A stretch of DNA of 59,056 nt, filler included, from Sluysia triapertura (lineage: Eukaryota): the NCBI GenBank assembly GCA_046118255.1. It is 5 parts of 5 records of this genome, joined end to end, with 100 filler letters (N's around TTAATTAATTAA, not from the genome) between each part and the next. Parts side by side here need not be neighbours in the genome. Positions count along the whole stretch, not along the records: positions 22,910 to 34,481 come from JBJNIA010183280.1; positions 34,582 to 45,734 come from JBJNIA010188167.1; 3 more parts are not named here. One strand, 5' to 3'. The notes under the pieces are model-generated. The model was not told the DNA's origin, ran no database searches, and was given only the letters and a program-made list of their open reading frames with translations. The translations under genes were made by a program, and so were the position numbers. Positions 23,107-37,900 of the stretch are shown piece after piece. Within the stretch, counting starts at the first letter, position 1. Each line of letters begins with the position of its first letter.

Positions 23107-26100
23107 ATTTTTTGATTTTTCTTCACAGTAATTATTCGAAGTTACTCCCTCGGATTTCTGACTTCGAGCTTTCTTGATTTCGTCAAGAGGATTAATTTTT
23201 TGGTAACCGGAACTACCAGAATCTGATGATTTCTGAATGTAAATTAGTAAAAATAAATTTTTATTTTTTTAGTGTCAGGTTGAAAAAGCGAGTCTAATAA
23301 TAAATAATGTATTAATAATAGTCATAATAATCATAAAAATGATACGAAATTCTTCTTTCCCGGAAATAGTGTGCTCTGAATGTTCTGGTGGATTTTGTTG
23401 AAATATAGTTATAATTTTAAAATTTTGATTTAATTGGTATTTATTAGATAATTTTATTACATCATTTATATTCAACATTATAAAAGATTCAGGATTTATA
23501 AAGTTGTTACTTTTAATAAAATTAATTTCTACTTTATCGTAAATGGAACAAAAACAATAACAGATATATAATTAATTTATTGTCATAAAACTTTTAAGAC
23601 CTAAATCTAAATTTTGTTTTGAGTCAATTATTTTCTGGGTATGCCCCTTTTTCGGACTTTTCTAACTCCTAAAGAAAAATAAAAGGTATAAATGTAAAGT
23701 TCGAGTAATAATAAAATCAGCAAAATCATAAATTAAAATTACTTTAGAATTTATTCGTTAGTACTGCAAACTGGTACTCATGTCACAAATAATATCAATT
23801 TATGGATTCTACGACGATTAGTCAAATTTGGTGTCCAACCAAAAACATCTCCAATTTCGAAAGTATTGTGAGAATAAATACAAGTAATGCCGAATCTTGA
23901 ACACTTCCCACTTTGGGTTGTACCGTATAAACACAAGCCGGATTTGAAGTATTGAGAACGATGATTATGAAATTGAAGATTATTGTCAGTTTTTGTCGCA
24001 TATCTCACAGATAGCATCATTTTGTTTCAGATTGTGAATGAATCAGGATCGATGGTTAAGTTTATTTATTTGTATATCTTTATCATGATACAAACTGCAA
24101 TATTGAGATGATTAGCATAGCACAACTTTGTTTTAGAATCACGGGAGATTTTATTTTGAAATACTACATCTAATTCTCTGGACTCATACGAAACGGAATT
24201 TATAGTTTTTAATTTCATTTCAACATAACTAATTCTACTTTCAATAAGTGTCAATATAGGTCCATATAGCAAGCCGATTTTCGCCGATAATCCATCGATT
24301 GCTTCTAACAAACCACCAACTTCAACCATTTGTTTGTTTAACATTCTTGTCACATTAAGATTTGTAGAAGATTCACTGAGAACAATAGCTAGTTCTAAAT
24401 TATCTTGGCCCAATATATGTTCTATTTCATAAATTATTTTCGATGTATCTGATAATCGCGTTGATCTTATATAAGTATTTAAATGTTTGTTGTGCTTTAT
24501 TTCATAATTTTTATGCTGAACGCATATAACATATGTTTGATCACTGTTTGATTTGATATAATTAACTTCATGAATATTTTTAAAAAACTTATAATTTGGT
24601 TAAACATTACTTTCAAATCGATAATTTTAAATTGTCTTTTTACTTTTAGTTCTTCTAACAGGTTTCGTACAGATTGTCTTAATTCTTCGAATTCCATTTT
24701 AATTTTTGTAGCTTTGATAATTGGATTCTCAATAAAACTTGGTTTATCGTTCCTTTTAATATGCATAGTATCTAAAATCTTTCCTTTAAATACATCACAT
24801 GCTGCAAGTGGTTGAACTTTTAATATATCAATAGATTTTTCTTCGTAATGATCATAATTTCGATCAACTTCAGATAAATCTTCAGTTTCATAAACATTAT
24901 TTTCTTCTCTGAGACGTCATAACTTTTAAAGTAAATTTTTTAAAAAGATCTTCAAATAATACAATAAATTATGGAGTATTTTTAATGAAAAAATTTTGAA
25001 TGACACAACAAAAATGTTTTAATTAATTGTTAGGTTACTTTGTTACTCTGCTTAACTGTGTGTGTATTTAGATTTGTTAAACATTTTGATTTTGAGCGAG
25101 TAATTGTCATTAGCTGTTAAACCAGAAAGAGAAACAAAGTGAAAATAGCTATTCTGGTTGGACAGCTAATGATAGCATAGTCACAGTAATGTTGTCTCAC
25201 GGCCAAATAACTATCAATAATGACAGCAGATTGTGAATACGAATTAATACTATCATTATTTATAGTGGTAGTCACTGTACAGATAAAGTTAATTTAATTT
25301 TAGGTATTATTGATAAAAATAATTATAATAGTGAATAAAAATGATATGATAAAATGTTAATTTAATTAAAAACATAAATTCCTTTGAATATAATAAACAT
25401 AATTTTTCTTTTATGTAAATATAATTTCTGAACATAATATTTTTTGCTTAATACAATCGAAACAAAATCTTTTACTTATTCTTCTTAAATAAATATAACA
25501 TGGATTTAAAATGTTTTGAGTGAAATTAATAGTTTAGAAGTTGTAAGCTTGTGAATTAAGATGTTTTGAACGAGGCTTTTGCATTTATAATAGAATTTGA
25601 GGTGTGATTGCGATTCTAATGCTGTAAAATAATGGGTGAAAATTTTAAAGGATTTTTTACATATACTTTAATATTTTTAAATAAAAGAAAAGTTTGGATG
25701 TTGTGAGTTGGAAATACATTGAATACATTTTATTGTGAAATGATGTTTTTGAATGTAGAGGTAATTTTAATGTTGTCAGATTGAGAATTAAAAAATGTTT
25801 TAAAGTATAAAAATGGTTTTGGAGGATAAAAAATAAAATATGAAAAAAAGATTTTGATGGAATTGGTAAAATATTACAGAATGTGCAATTTATTGAATTA
25901 GATTGAAAATGTTTTAAATTAACTTTTTAAATGTATGATTGATTATTTTTGATGTCATAAATTTTGTGTTGACGTGTTTGATGGTATCAAGAGTTATGAA
26001 ATGTTGTGAAATGTGGTTTTGTTGTGTGATGAAAAAATAAAATTTATAAAGTAATAGGTTGTCCACCACACTGAATCCCTGTTGACGAAAAAGCATTATT

Positions 26101-26627
26101 GAAAAACACAAACTACATTTTATAGTTACAAAGAGATAATATTCATAATAGAATTACCAATTTCGATGATTGATAATACATTGAATTTTTATTTCCAAAA
26201 AATTACTTAATTTGGAGATATCATTATATACACATATAGTAAGTTTATAGTAAGTGCAAGTTGATTGGACATTGCCAAATCTTAAACTCAACTTAAAATC
26301 ATTTGTAAAACTTTGGTCCGACTTAATGAGGAATAAAATCCTCTTAAACTGTGCAACAAAAGACGAAAGCTTTTATTTTAATCTAATCAATAAAATAGTT
26401 CTTTTTGGTTAAACTTTGCTTGTTTATTTCATTAATTGTATTATTATCACGTTTTTTTGATAAAAATGTTAATAATGAATAATAATTATTAATAATTATT
26501 AATTATTGATGTGATCATAGTATAATTTTTACTAATGTTTTTGCGTATTTATTTCTTATTTACATTTTTCCTTTTTATTTTTTTATTTTCTTCCCGAACG
26601 AGAAAGTAATTATAGAGTAGCAATGTA

Positions 26628-26671
<44 letters not shown>

Positions 26672-29393
26672 TTAATATTAATATTAATATTAATATTAAT
26701 AATATTAACAATAATTTAATAGAAAATAATATAAACGTGACTTATTTCTTAATATTTGTTATATTTTTAATAAATGCAATAAAGAATATAATTCAGCATT
26801 AATAAAAAGGCATAACTCCAGGCACAATAGATAAATTTAAAAAGATTGTCACAAAAAATATAATTTGTACCAGAAATAGAATATTAACTATGGAAAATTT
26901 TTAATTGTTAATTGGAAATAAATTAATCGCGAAGAAATAATTTTTGGTTCACTATTTGCATTTTACGGAACATACTTGTGAATAAGTCGTATTTTCATAT
27001 TTAACTCCGTAAATTTATTATCCTTAAGATTAGCTTGTTTAATGCAATCATTAAAATACAAGTAAAATCAGTATCATAATTGTTTTCCGATAACTTAAAG
27101 TTATCAATAAAATCCAATATAAACTTTCATTATTAGGTGTTAAATTCGTTATATCCTAAATATTTTTAGTTCTTCTTAATTTTAGTATACAGTGTATATT
27201 CGATTTTTGATAAGAATAGATATTCGTTTTAAATAGTTATTTTATTAATTTAAAAAAAGGACGATAAAATCCGAAGTCTATTTAAAATTTGGTAAGCAAA
27301 CCCAACAACTAAAATTTTTATTTTAAATTTAAAGAAAACACTAGCATATGCGTCAAATTATATAACGAGAACTATTTGCATACTCAAGTTGAAACTTTAC
27401 CAGTTAATATAATTAGATTTAATAAAGATGTCCTCATAGCTTCTCCTACCAGATATCACCAATCAAAGATTTTTAATTACATAGAATAAACTTTTTTAAA
27501 TAAAAATTAATTAAAATAATTTTCTTTTACACCGTGCGTAGCTAATTTTTTCACAAAATCAGATATAGAATTTAAAGCAAGGTAATACAGTAATATCCCT
27601 ATAACACAGTACTCTTATAACGCTTTTTCATGTTCCTCGTATAACAAGTGTGTTCCCCCATATAACACAGGTACCTGTGCATATTGTGTCAATTGTGTTA
27701 TAAAATTACTAAAAAGTACATATTTCGTTCATAACATAGTTTTTCCTTAATATAATTTTCCTATAACACGGAACCAATCTACCGTATTAAAGGGGGATTA
27801 CTGTAATTTTTTTCAATAATATTAATAATAATCAGAATTCAGCAATAACGATGATATACTAAAGCATATTTCTGGTTACCCGGCCAAAAATATTTGACGC
27901 CGATTTGAAAATCATAACAAAGTAGATGATAAAAACAACTGCAATCAAGACCATCAATTAAGCCTACATATCAATTCAGGACATAAAATTGTACTTAGCT
28001 ATAGTACATCGTTAGTACAAGAATCTGTATTTTTTTGTATAACTTGCAAATTGTGATATAAGTATTAGTCACGTTTATATTAATTATTGTTTGGTACAAT
28101 TAATAACAGTTATGCAAATTTCGTTACTAACCACTTCAATACTTAAAGATAGTCTTTTAGCACTTTGAATTTCGGCAGCAGGGTTAATTTTTTGATAATG
28201 ACTACTAAGAGGAAGTTCCTAAAAATAAATTAATAAAATTAAATAAATTATCAGTTTTGAAAGTTATGCATTCATAAATGATTTAACCTTCCAAGTTCTT
28301 ATGACGAATATATCCGTCACATGCACTGTCGTGCCGAACATGCTATGCATTGCATATTCAAAAGCCACCGGCACTAAAACAATCATGCCACTTCGGAGAA
28401 TAAACCAACTTACAAATATTATATTATATTTATCTTTGCTATTGAAATCATAGATGATATTGATTTCAAACTTTCTATAAATTCAAACTTTGAATAAATT
28501 TAAATAAACTTGCATAACCTGTGATTTTTCCTTAATTTAAATTTTCATCTAACAATGATTTATTTAAGTTGTTTAACATGCACATTTATAGAAATTATAA
28601 AATTATATTTTGGTTTTTTGAAATACTCTTACAATTTTAAACAAAACGTTATTCGACGAAGCCCATTGGTCACAATATGCTTTTACTGTGTAACTAAAAA
28701 GTCTTCGTCAGGTGTGTTTTTAACCAGTAGAAATACGTATTGAAAATTATTATTGAGATCAATATAAAATCATTATAGTAAAATTTGTATTAAAAAATGG
28801 AATTTGTGAAACAAAAGCTACCAGAAATGTAATTTTAAAATTTATAAGTTTATTTTAATATATGAGAATGATAAAATTTTAAATGTAGAGTTTAAATAGA
28901 TATTTTACGGTGATTTAATTCAAATGACTAAAGAGTTATTTTATCAGTGACAACTCAAAGAAACCACAAAATCGGAACATTCTTCATCTTTTTAGAACAT
29001 ATATATATAAAATTTAATTTGATTTTAAAGTTTAAAAGCGACTTCTGTTAATCCGTTCAGTCTGATTATTAAACATTGAGTTTGAGACAATTTTAATCAT
29101 TTTAACATGTCACAAGTGCATTGAATGCCCAAAATCAGTGGCTAATTATCTCCGGTATTCTATAATGGAAAGGTGTCAGATGACTTAGACCTTATAGGTT
29201 TAGATCTCCCGTTAAACTTTTAGCAGGAATTTTAAATAATTCATCATTTTATAGTAAAATTGTTTTCAATTTCGGAATTTTTTTTGTAGTTGTTTTGACG
29301 TTTTTTCCAATAATATCGCAATAGTGCCAAAATTTTAAATTTTAGAATTTAACAATAATATTTTAATATCGAAATTATTATTACTATTATTAC

Positions 29394-29442
<49 letters not shown>

Positions 29443-31752
29443 ATTATGATTTGGCACTGTCTTATATTTTTCGGAATAATTATAATATGATTCTATTATA
29501 ATTATAATTCTATTTATAATTATAATTATAATTCTATTTGAATTTGAAAGATTTTCAAATTAACATTATTCATTTATGATTAATTTTAATATTAATTTTT
29601 TATAATCAAATATTAATATGTTGTTTCACATGATTGTGATTAATTATTGAATAATGATTATCATGAGGATATAACATACTAATATTTGATTATAAAAATT
29701 TAATATAAAAATTGATTAATAATTTTAATATGAAAAAAATTAATAAAATCTTTCAATTCAAGTGGAATAAATTCTTGATAATATATAATCATAAATTATA
29801 TAAATGTTTTCAGGACAATTTTGAGTATTTCGAGATTATACCGAAACAGTAGTATCGGCAATAAATCTGATAAAATAAATCTGATGTGTTAAATTTATTA
29901 CCACAATATAACTGAAACATACACATCATTTTGCTATTAAACAAATTGAAATATATGTAAATTACATCATTTTATGAAGTGTGATCTTGTATGAAAAGTT
30001 CTCTTGTTACTTATATGGTTTTCACTTTTTATTCATGCTTATACATAACATTAATTGTACTGATTTGAAACCAGTTTTTTTGCAAATCTTAAAATGTTTT
30101 ACTGAAACTTATTCAAATTAGACCATGTTTATTTATTGTTCACTTTTCAAAATAATATCATTCTTAAATAAATTATTTATTCATGAGTTTTTGCAACATA
30201 AATAAAAATGACAGTGTAAACAATTACATACTGAAATACAACAATTATTAAACATTACTGCAGCCATAATTACATTTAAATTAATGACTTGAATTTAGAA
30301 AATATAAACTTAACAATGACAAAGTTAAATCAACCTAAAACTCGTATGATAGCGAGAATTCATCAAATCAAGGTGGAATTATTGCCAAAGAACAATCAAT
30401 GCAGAATTGTACTGCTAAAAGGTTCAAAATAACCAGAGTTTGTTGCAGCATGACAGCATGTGGGAAATAGCTGTCATTTGGAAGATTATTCTTCATCTAT
30501 CATAATTTCTGAAATCGATCACCAATAGACTAATCTGTTTTCGTCACTCTCACATCTTTAATTATGAAGCAATTATTTCAATCTTGATTGACATATAACC
30601 TACATATCGCTGTAATGAAACATGAAAATTGTCCGAAAGTCAAATCGAAATTATTAAGCGAAAAGAAACTACTTTAATTGATTTTTCTTATTAACATTTA
30701 TATTTTAATCAAAAAAATTTCATTTATTTGCAACTCAATCTATAGCAATTAAATAAGTGCTATTGAAACACCGCAATTAGTAATGTGATTTTAAATATTT
30801 AAAGATTTAAACTTAAAAATTATAGTACATGCCAGTACACGCTTAACCATTTGCAATTGGTCGATTTTTCGGCAATACTAATACTTATGTAATTATAGAT
30901 TAAGAATATTAAATTCAAAATAATTTGTAAATTTGAGAAAAGCCAATCAATTGCAAAGGGTTTATTGCAGTTATATTAGACAAGCAATAATATAATGAAT
31001 ATAGCTTCATAAGACACGATAAAAATCATTATAACCATTTCATTATTATTACCGACATCTATACTATATTTTTCTCGAAGATTTTTAATTTCTTCAGCTG
31101 CATTTATTTTTTGATATGACGGACTCTATGATTGGTTAATTATATTATCCAATTACAACTGGGCATAAAAGTACAAACACAAACATTTATATAGTTGTTA
31201 CGTTAGAAAAGTATGGAAATTTAATTACTTGATACTTGTAGAAAAAAATTACAAATCTGAACTTCACCGAGAATGAATCGAGTATATTAGCATGTCATAC
31301 ACATTAACATTAAGCATTTGCAACACAACTTCATGTGGAAATGGGCCAAAAATAATATAAATTCAGTGCCTACAAATTTCTATTAAACGGACAAATAAAA
31401 TATTAAATATCTCGGTTCTATTGATTACTTGATCAGTATAAAATAATTTTCTTATACATTTATAAATGAATAATTTGTGATATTTTTTAAATGCGAATGA
31501 TAAAGAAACATGCATTTAAATTTTACAAATAAAAATAAATGTTTGTGTTTACGTGTACTTAGTTTGTATAACTTACTAAAGTTGGTTCGTTGTTAATATC
31601 ATTCTCAATGTCTGTAGAACTCATTTTCCGCAATTTCATTATTTCTTCTTTAGGATTTATTTTTCTGTATTGTTTCTAAACAATATTGTATTCGAAACAA
31701 AGGTTTAATGTATTCTATCAAACATATGCACAACAACAACAACAACAACAAC

Positions 31753-31795
<43 letters not shown>

Positions 31796-33775
31796 CTAAC
31801 ATTATTATCAACTTCATCATCATTTTTTGATTTTACAGTTGATTTTAAACGACGAATTTCTTCCATAGGATCAATTTTTTGATATGAAGAACTCTAGGAA
31901 TTAGAAAACATCAATTAACACAATATCGAAGTATTCGTTCGATTTAATATACTTCAATAAAGAATTTAACATAAAAAAATGAAAAATATACAATTACTAT
32001 TGCAAATAAAATACATAAAAATAAATTATTGAATGACTTTTTTTACATTTTCAAAGTGCACAATGTACTTTAAAAGTTTAAAGAGGAATATTATTGTAAT
32101 ATTTTTTCATTTACTGTCAAATTCGGCAACAGTATTGTTAATAAAATATTACATAGCGATGTGAAAATTTATAATTACAGTATCATAGGAGACATTTATA
32201 TAAAAATTGCTTCGTGGTATAGAAATTAAATGGTTAATCATATTGCAAAACTAACTGGATTAATATGTTGTGGAATATCTGAAGATTTGCCAGATGATTT
32301 CAAACGACGAATTTCTTCACTTGGATTAATCTTTTGATACGATGAAATCTAATAATTAAAATAAATTTATTTTTATGCTACGAGCATTAAATAGTGAAAC
32401 ATTACATCTTTTACGAATATTTTATCAGTACCCACAATAATCTTTACTAATAATAATGTCATAACCTAACTACATATTTACATAGCATGCTAAGTTTTTG
32501 ATTACATACAATTAAATCTAAAATCATATAATTATGTATTATTTAGGCAAATACACAGAAAATAACTTTTAATTACTTTTATTTATAATTTATGTATTAT
32601 ATTTGTAATTATTTAATTTGTATGTGTATATATATTAGGATTTTTATATTTATTTTATATGTATAAAGAATAATGGTTATCATGAAAATAAAATTATTAA
32701 TTTTACAAAAGAAAAAGAAACTTTTTAAATAGCGCAATATAATCACTAAATAGTTCAATATAAATGTGTACTAATATTGATGAATCATTAACTAGACCTT
32801 TAAAGTCAAAATGTAAAAAAACAATATTAAAATTAGCATCTCACACATAAAACTACGCAACATTAAGTTTACAAGTTAATTAATTCTTCAAGGACCAATC
32901 ACACAGAAGTTTTGATATAATAATCCACTTTCTCTTCAAGTGACAGTGATATTTGTTCAAAAAAGGATTACGAATCATTATTCATCTGTTAAGAATTTAA
33001 TTCTAGTTGTCCACTGATTTTGACAAAGCTCATTTTTACTGATTTAGATTCGTTAGTTTTAAAGTTTCTAAGTTAATTTTTAATTTAAAATTTATTAATC
33101 AAAGATTATTATTTTCATAGTAATAAGTTCACGAAATAATTATTAATTTATTTAATTATTTAATTACTATATCCCCCATTATTATTAACAATCATACCTT
33201 TATCTTAAAGTTTTATTGCTTAAATTTATTTTTAATAAAAATTAAAAAACATTACAGAATATTCAATCCTTTAACAGCTGCTTTATTAAATTCCTCTTAA
33301 ATTGATCTTTATAAATTAAATCAAAAATAAAATATTACAAATTAAATAGGTGCACTAAATCATGTCTAAAAGGTTCTATTTATAATTAATCTTAGTAAAA
33401 TCATATTTCTTTATAGGTTCTGTTTATAAAGAACCTGAATAAAATCTAATACATATTTAACTCGCTAATTAGAGAAAAATTGAATTGTGCAAGTTTTTAA
33501 GGTCTAAATTGATTTAATCTAGCTCTGAAGCCTTTACAATTTAATACATAGCAACCTCAGTCAAGACTAACTTGGAATATCTGCTTTTTAGTAATTGACC
33601 TCCAACAATTTTATTCATATCTTTTAAAATCCTACGAACCAGCCGTAACTCGTAAGACTAGGGTCGTAGGTGAACTTACAATATAAACTTCATTTATAGT
33701 TCGAAGAATAATAATATAACTAACAAGAGAAATATCTTCGTCATGATGTCTATTTGTCATCATACTTTTTAATTC
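23107..33775 (-). CDS. Internal exons of an uncharacterised repeat protein (YQKI[N/D]PxEEI repeats): 33725-33775, 32256-32348, 31801-31893, 31577-31675, 31036-31125, 23107-23232
   Basis: All exons have AG/GT boundaries, phase 0, lengths 51/93/93/99/90/126. They read ISSYQKINPSEEIRRLK, SSSYQKIDPMEEIRRLK, KQYRKINPKEEIMKLR, SPSYQKINAAEEIKNLR and SSGYQKINPLDEIKKAR. The 33.7-kb exon lacks the motif and is less certain. Confidence 0.75.
24066..24909 (-). pseudogene. DCTN2: Dynamitin (dynactin p50)-like locus, partial or degenerate
   Basis: ENNVYETEDLSE...VQPLAACDVFKGKIL (compare DVYETSDL...VNPNAAYDKFKDK), ENPIIKATKIKMEFEEL, and LLEAIDGLSAKIGLL...LTLIESRI. The C-terminal third was not found. Confidence 0.75.
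27586..27805. mobile_element. Tigger/pogo-like MITE
   Basis: TA-CAGTAATATCCCTATAACAC ... GTATTAAAGGGGGATTACTG-TA TIRs, with internal ATAACAC repeats. Confidence 0.75.
28283..28400 (+). mobile_element. Possible piggyBac-like terminus
   Basis: TTAACCTT start and subterminal palindrome TGACGAATATATCCGTCA. Another GGGTTAA end lies near 28181-28187. Confidence 0.35.
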
Positions 33776-34420
33776 CTAAATTAAAAGAAAGTTTAACAAA
33801 GCAAACAAAAATGTTATTTTTGTTAAAAGGCACTTAGAAAGTTTATGCCTACCAAAAGTTTATTTTCCATGCAACACGTGTGCATATTTTGGTTTAAAAA
33901 TTTTAAATTCATACCATTTATTTAGGTCAATTGAATTAACAAGAACGATTAAAGCTTATCTACTTATACATCACTGGATCAGAAGTATTTCTCAAATCCC
34001 ATAGGCAGTCACTGGTACTATAAAACTTTTTTTTGTTTTATGATAATGACCATTTACACACCTCCCAAAAATTAAATTAAAATTTTTTTAGACAAAAGCA
34101 GTGCCTAAATTACATCTGCAAACTAATTTATTTCGATATTCCCAAATAAACCAACCAAACAATATCTGAAAAAACAACTTACTTAAATCAGTATTATCAA
34201 ACATATTACCTAAATATTTAAGATTGAGTAAAATACAGTATTTATTTGCTATTTATGAATCGATTACTCAAAAATTGAACCATTCAGCATATAAAGAAAT
34301 ACAAAAATTAAAACCAATCAAAATATTAGTTCCATAAAATCCAAATATTGTATTAATTTCTGTTTTCCAAAGCAATAGCACAATAATTATTGATTGCATT
34401 TATCATTATTATCATTATTA

Positions 34421-34481
<61 letters not shown>

Positions 34482-34924
34482 NNNNNNNNNNNNNNNNNNN
34501 NNNNNNNNNNNNNNNNNNNNNNNNNTTAATTAATTAANNNNNNNNNNNNNNNNNNNNNNNNNNNNNNNNNNNNNNNNNNNNTATATATATAGTACTATTA
34601 ACACATTATTACACAATTATATCGAATTAACATTTATTTAAATGCTGAATCAACAATAGTAAATAAATTCTTTTGAGTTCTTTAAATAAATAAACCCTAA
34701 CAGACCATCTTACTAGAGAGTTACAATACATTACTTAATACATCTCATAGCTCATACTTCATATAACATAAAATACACCAAAAAATTAAAATAACTTTAA
34801 TTAAATCAGTTATTATTATTCACAAATAAGGTAAAAAAGAAAATAAAGAATTTTTCTACAATTTTCAAGTTTTTTGTTTTTATTTTACTTTTAAGGAGAA
34901 AAGATGGTACATATTCAGCATAAA

Positions 34925-37900
34925 TCAACGATAAAGAGCGGTCTTCGTTTTGTAATAGTCGAGGTACGATTGTACTCGTGGATAAATTCGATCCGGTTCT
35001 ATACCCAGAGCATGTTTTATCCGAGCCTACGAATATCTTAGGTGAAGATTCACAACACAAATAATTAATCTTTAATACAATTAATAAAGTTTTGTGGTAT
35101 TATTTTTGTTTTTATGTTATAAATACTAAGGTGAATAGAGATAATATCACATGCTTTAAGCAACCTTTTGAATATTCAAAACACAAATTTAATATCTATT
35201 TTTTACAAGGTTTAATATGATGAAATTAAATTAAATATTAATATTAAATATTAAAAATTAAAATATTTCTAACATAAAGTATTGAAATTTTAAAAAAGGA
35301 AATATATAGTTAAAACTAACATGAGGATCCATGTAAGCAGCTGCTTGTTGTTGTGCATATGTCATCCATGCAGCTGCAGTTGGATTCAAGGAAGAATAGT
35401 TATGATTATTGAGGCCGTTATTATTTGTATCATTTCCATTCCATGGTGGAATATTAAGATGTGATGGAATAGAACCAAGGCCTACGTTATTGGACCCTAC
35501 ACCAATTCCGGATCCACCTGAAGATCCACCACCACTTCCAGATCCTCCTAAACTATTTCCTCCTGCAAAAGATCTATTAAATTGTGGAGATGACGAAGAA
35601 TTAGTTGATTGAAATAGTTGGGATGTAATGGATTTGTTTGTTGTCGCATCTTCATGCTTATTCCGAGGAGTCTGCAAAATATCAATTGTTAGCATAACTC
35701 TAAATAAAAACAAATTTAAAAGCTATAACTACAACATGTCAAAAAAATGAATGAAATCTTTAGATGTTAACATTTACACAAAATAGATAAATTATGCATT
35801 AGTAAGTACAATTATGTAATAAGTAGAGTATAAAATCATTAATTTTCGTTATTTACAAATTAAGTCTCAATCATACATTACTTAAAAGTTATAAAATTTG
35901 AACGATTGGTTTTAGAAAATTTAGTATCGATTTTACATTTTATTTATATTTTTAATATATAAATATTTTTCATTATGCGTTTACATTAAATTTAAAATTA
36001 AAGCATATCTGATACTTCATTGCTTTGTTTAAATGAATTAAGTGAATTAATTAGTTATGAAATCAATGGTTAATTGTCAATAAAATACTTTGTGAAACAT
36101 ACGCATAATTATCATTTCCTGTTTTTAATTATTTTGATTGTATTACGCTTTTATCACGGGCATAATTAAATAGTTTACTGTTCAGAAATGTCAACACAAA
36201 CAGTAGACCAATATTTCCGTACTTTTTAAAAACCATACCCTCTTGTGAATTAGAAAATATCCAGCGGTTCCCACTTTAAAGAAGCTATATGTAAAGTTGT
36301 GAAATACGTTGGACATTAAAAATACATGTAGTTATATCTAACATTCGTACATTAAGGGTAAAAAAAACTTTTTATATAATATACCTACAACATATATTTG
36401 AATATTAGATTTAATGTGAAAATGATAAAATGAATCTAAATAATATCTTAAAATCAACGATTAACTTTAATTATAAAACAAAATAAATTTGTAGGTCAAT
36501 GATTTCATAAATATATAAATTAATTAATTAAATAATTAAGTAATTAATTAAATGACCTAATGACTTATTTTGACACAATAAAAATACAAATTTAAAATTA
36601 TTATACAGTTTATAAAATAGCAACAGTTAATGTTTAATTGAAGGAACTCTGAACACTTTGGTGTTATTTAAAAATAAACACAATTGTCAAATATTTTTGC
36701 TGAATTCCATGATTGATCAAGTCAGACATGTAGCTACCGCAAAATTTCACTTCATTATATTTGATTGATGTATTATTTATTCGAATTACAAATTTAAAAT
36801 GAATACAAAAATTGAAACTGGACTTTTAATTACCTTAGTACATATTAAACAATTTTATATATCACATGGAAATTATTGTACACTACAATTTAATTTATTG
36901 ACTTATAAGAAAACATAGCGAAAACCTGATGAAAAACTCAAATTAATTGTAAATCAGATTAATATTAAGAATTTATTAAACATAATTATAAACACATTTA
37001 TTTATTGATACCATAATGATTGTTTACATTTACAATTTTTGCACAAATTGACTTTTCATTTCTTACCTTTATTAAAATTAAAATAAAAATTGTAACAGGA
37101 AACAAAGACAGTTAACTATAATTTTATTAAAGTACAACACATAATTTAAAATTTTGTTAAGATTCCTAAATGTTAATCATGATTTTGAGGTCGTAAAAAT
37201 TTATTCAGTGGTTGCTATTTAATGTAAAATGAAATAGCAAACATTTTAAACATTTTTTCATTTTGTTTCCAACAAATTCCTGATTCAATAAATCAAGAAA
37301 ACCAAACCAAATACATGTAATATAATTTTAAACAACTACAACTATTTTAAATTTAATTAATACAAAACAAATTAAAATGTATATAAATGACAATTTAAAA
37401 ATATTAAGCAAAACTCGACATGAGTGCAAATGATTAATGCCGTAAAACAACAATTTATAGCATTTAATATAAATTAATTTTTATACCGCATTATGATCTA
37501 CGAAGCAAAATCATTTTATATGCATATAAATAATATTAATATCTCGTTTTGTTTACCACGCAGCAAAAATTACAAATACAATAATTCTGTTGGTCAAACT
37601 ATGAAAATGATTTCATACTAAATTATTTAATGTTAAAATAAATTAATCTAATATTAATTTCGTTCAATAATGCATGAAAATTTTTAAGAAATATTCTAAA
37701 CTTTATATAAATGTACGAACTAAGAGGAAAATGCACCACATACACGAAACATTCAAAACAAAACATTAATCCACTAAACAGTCTAATTACTACAGGTGCT
37801 AAATTTCTATTTGTTTTACTCGATTATGCAGTCAAAAACAAACTAACATCTTCATCTCTGATAGAGAAAGGAGATGTATGGTTTGTTGAATCTGTAATAA

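Noticed and set aside
23778-24020. P-loop-like GTTQSGKC in a short ORF
   Set aside because: Imperfect Walker A with no supporting strand or Walker B.
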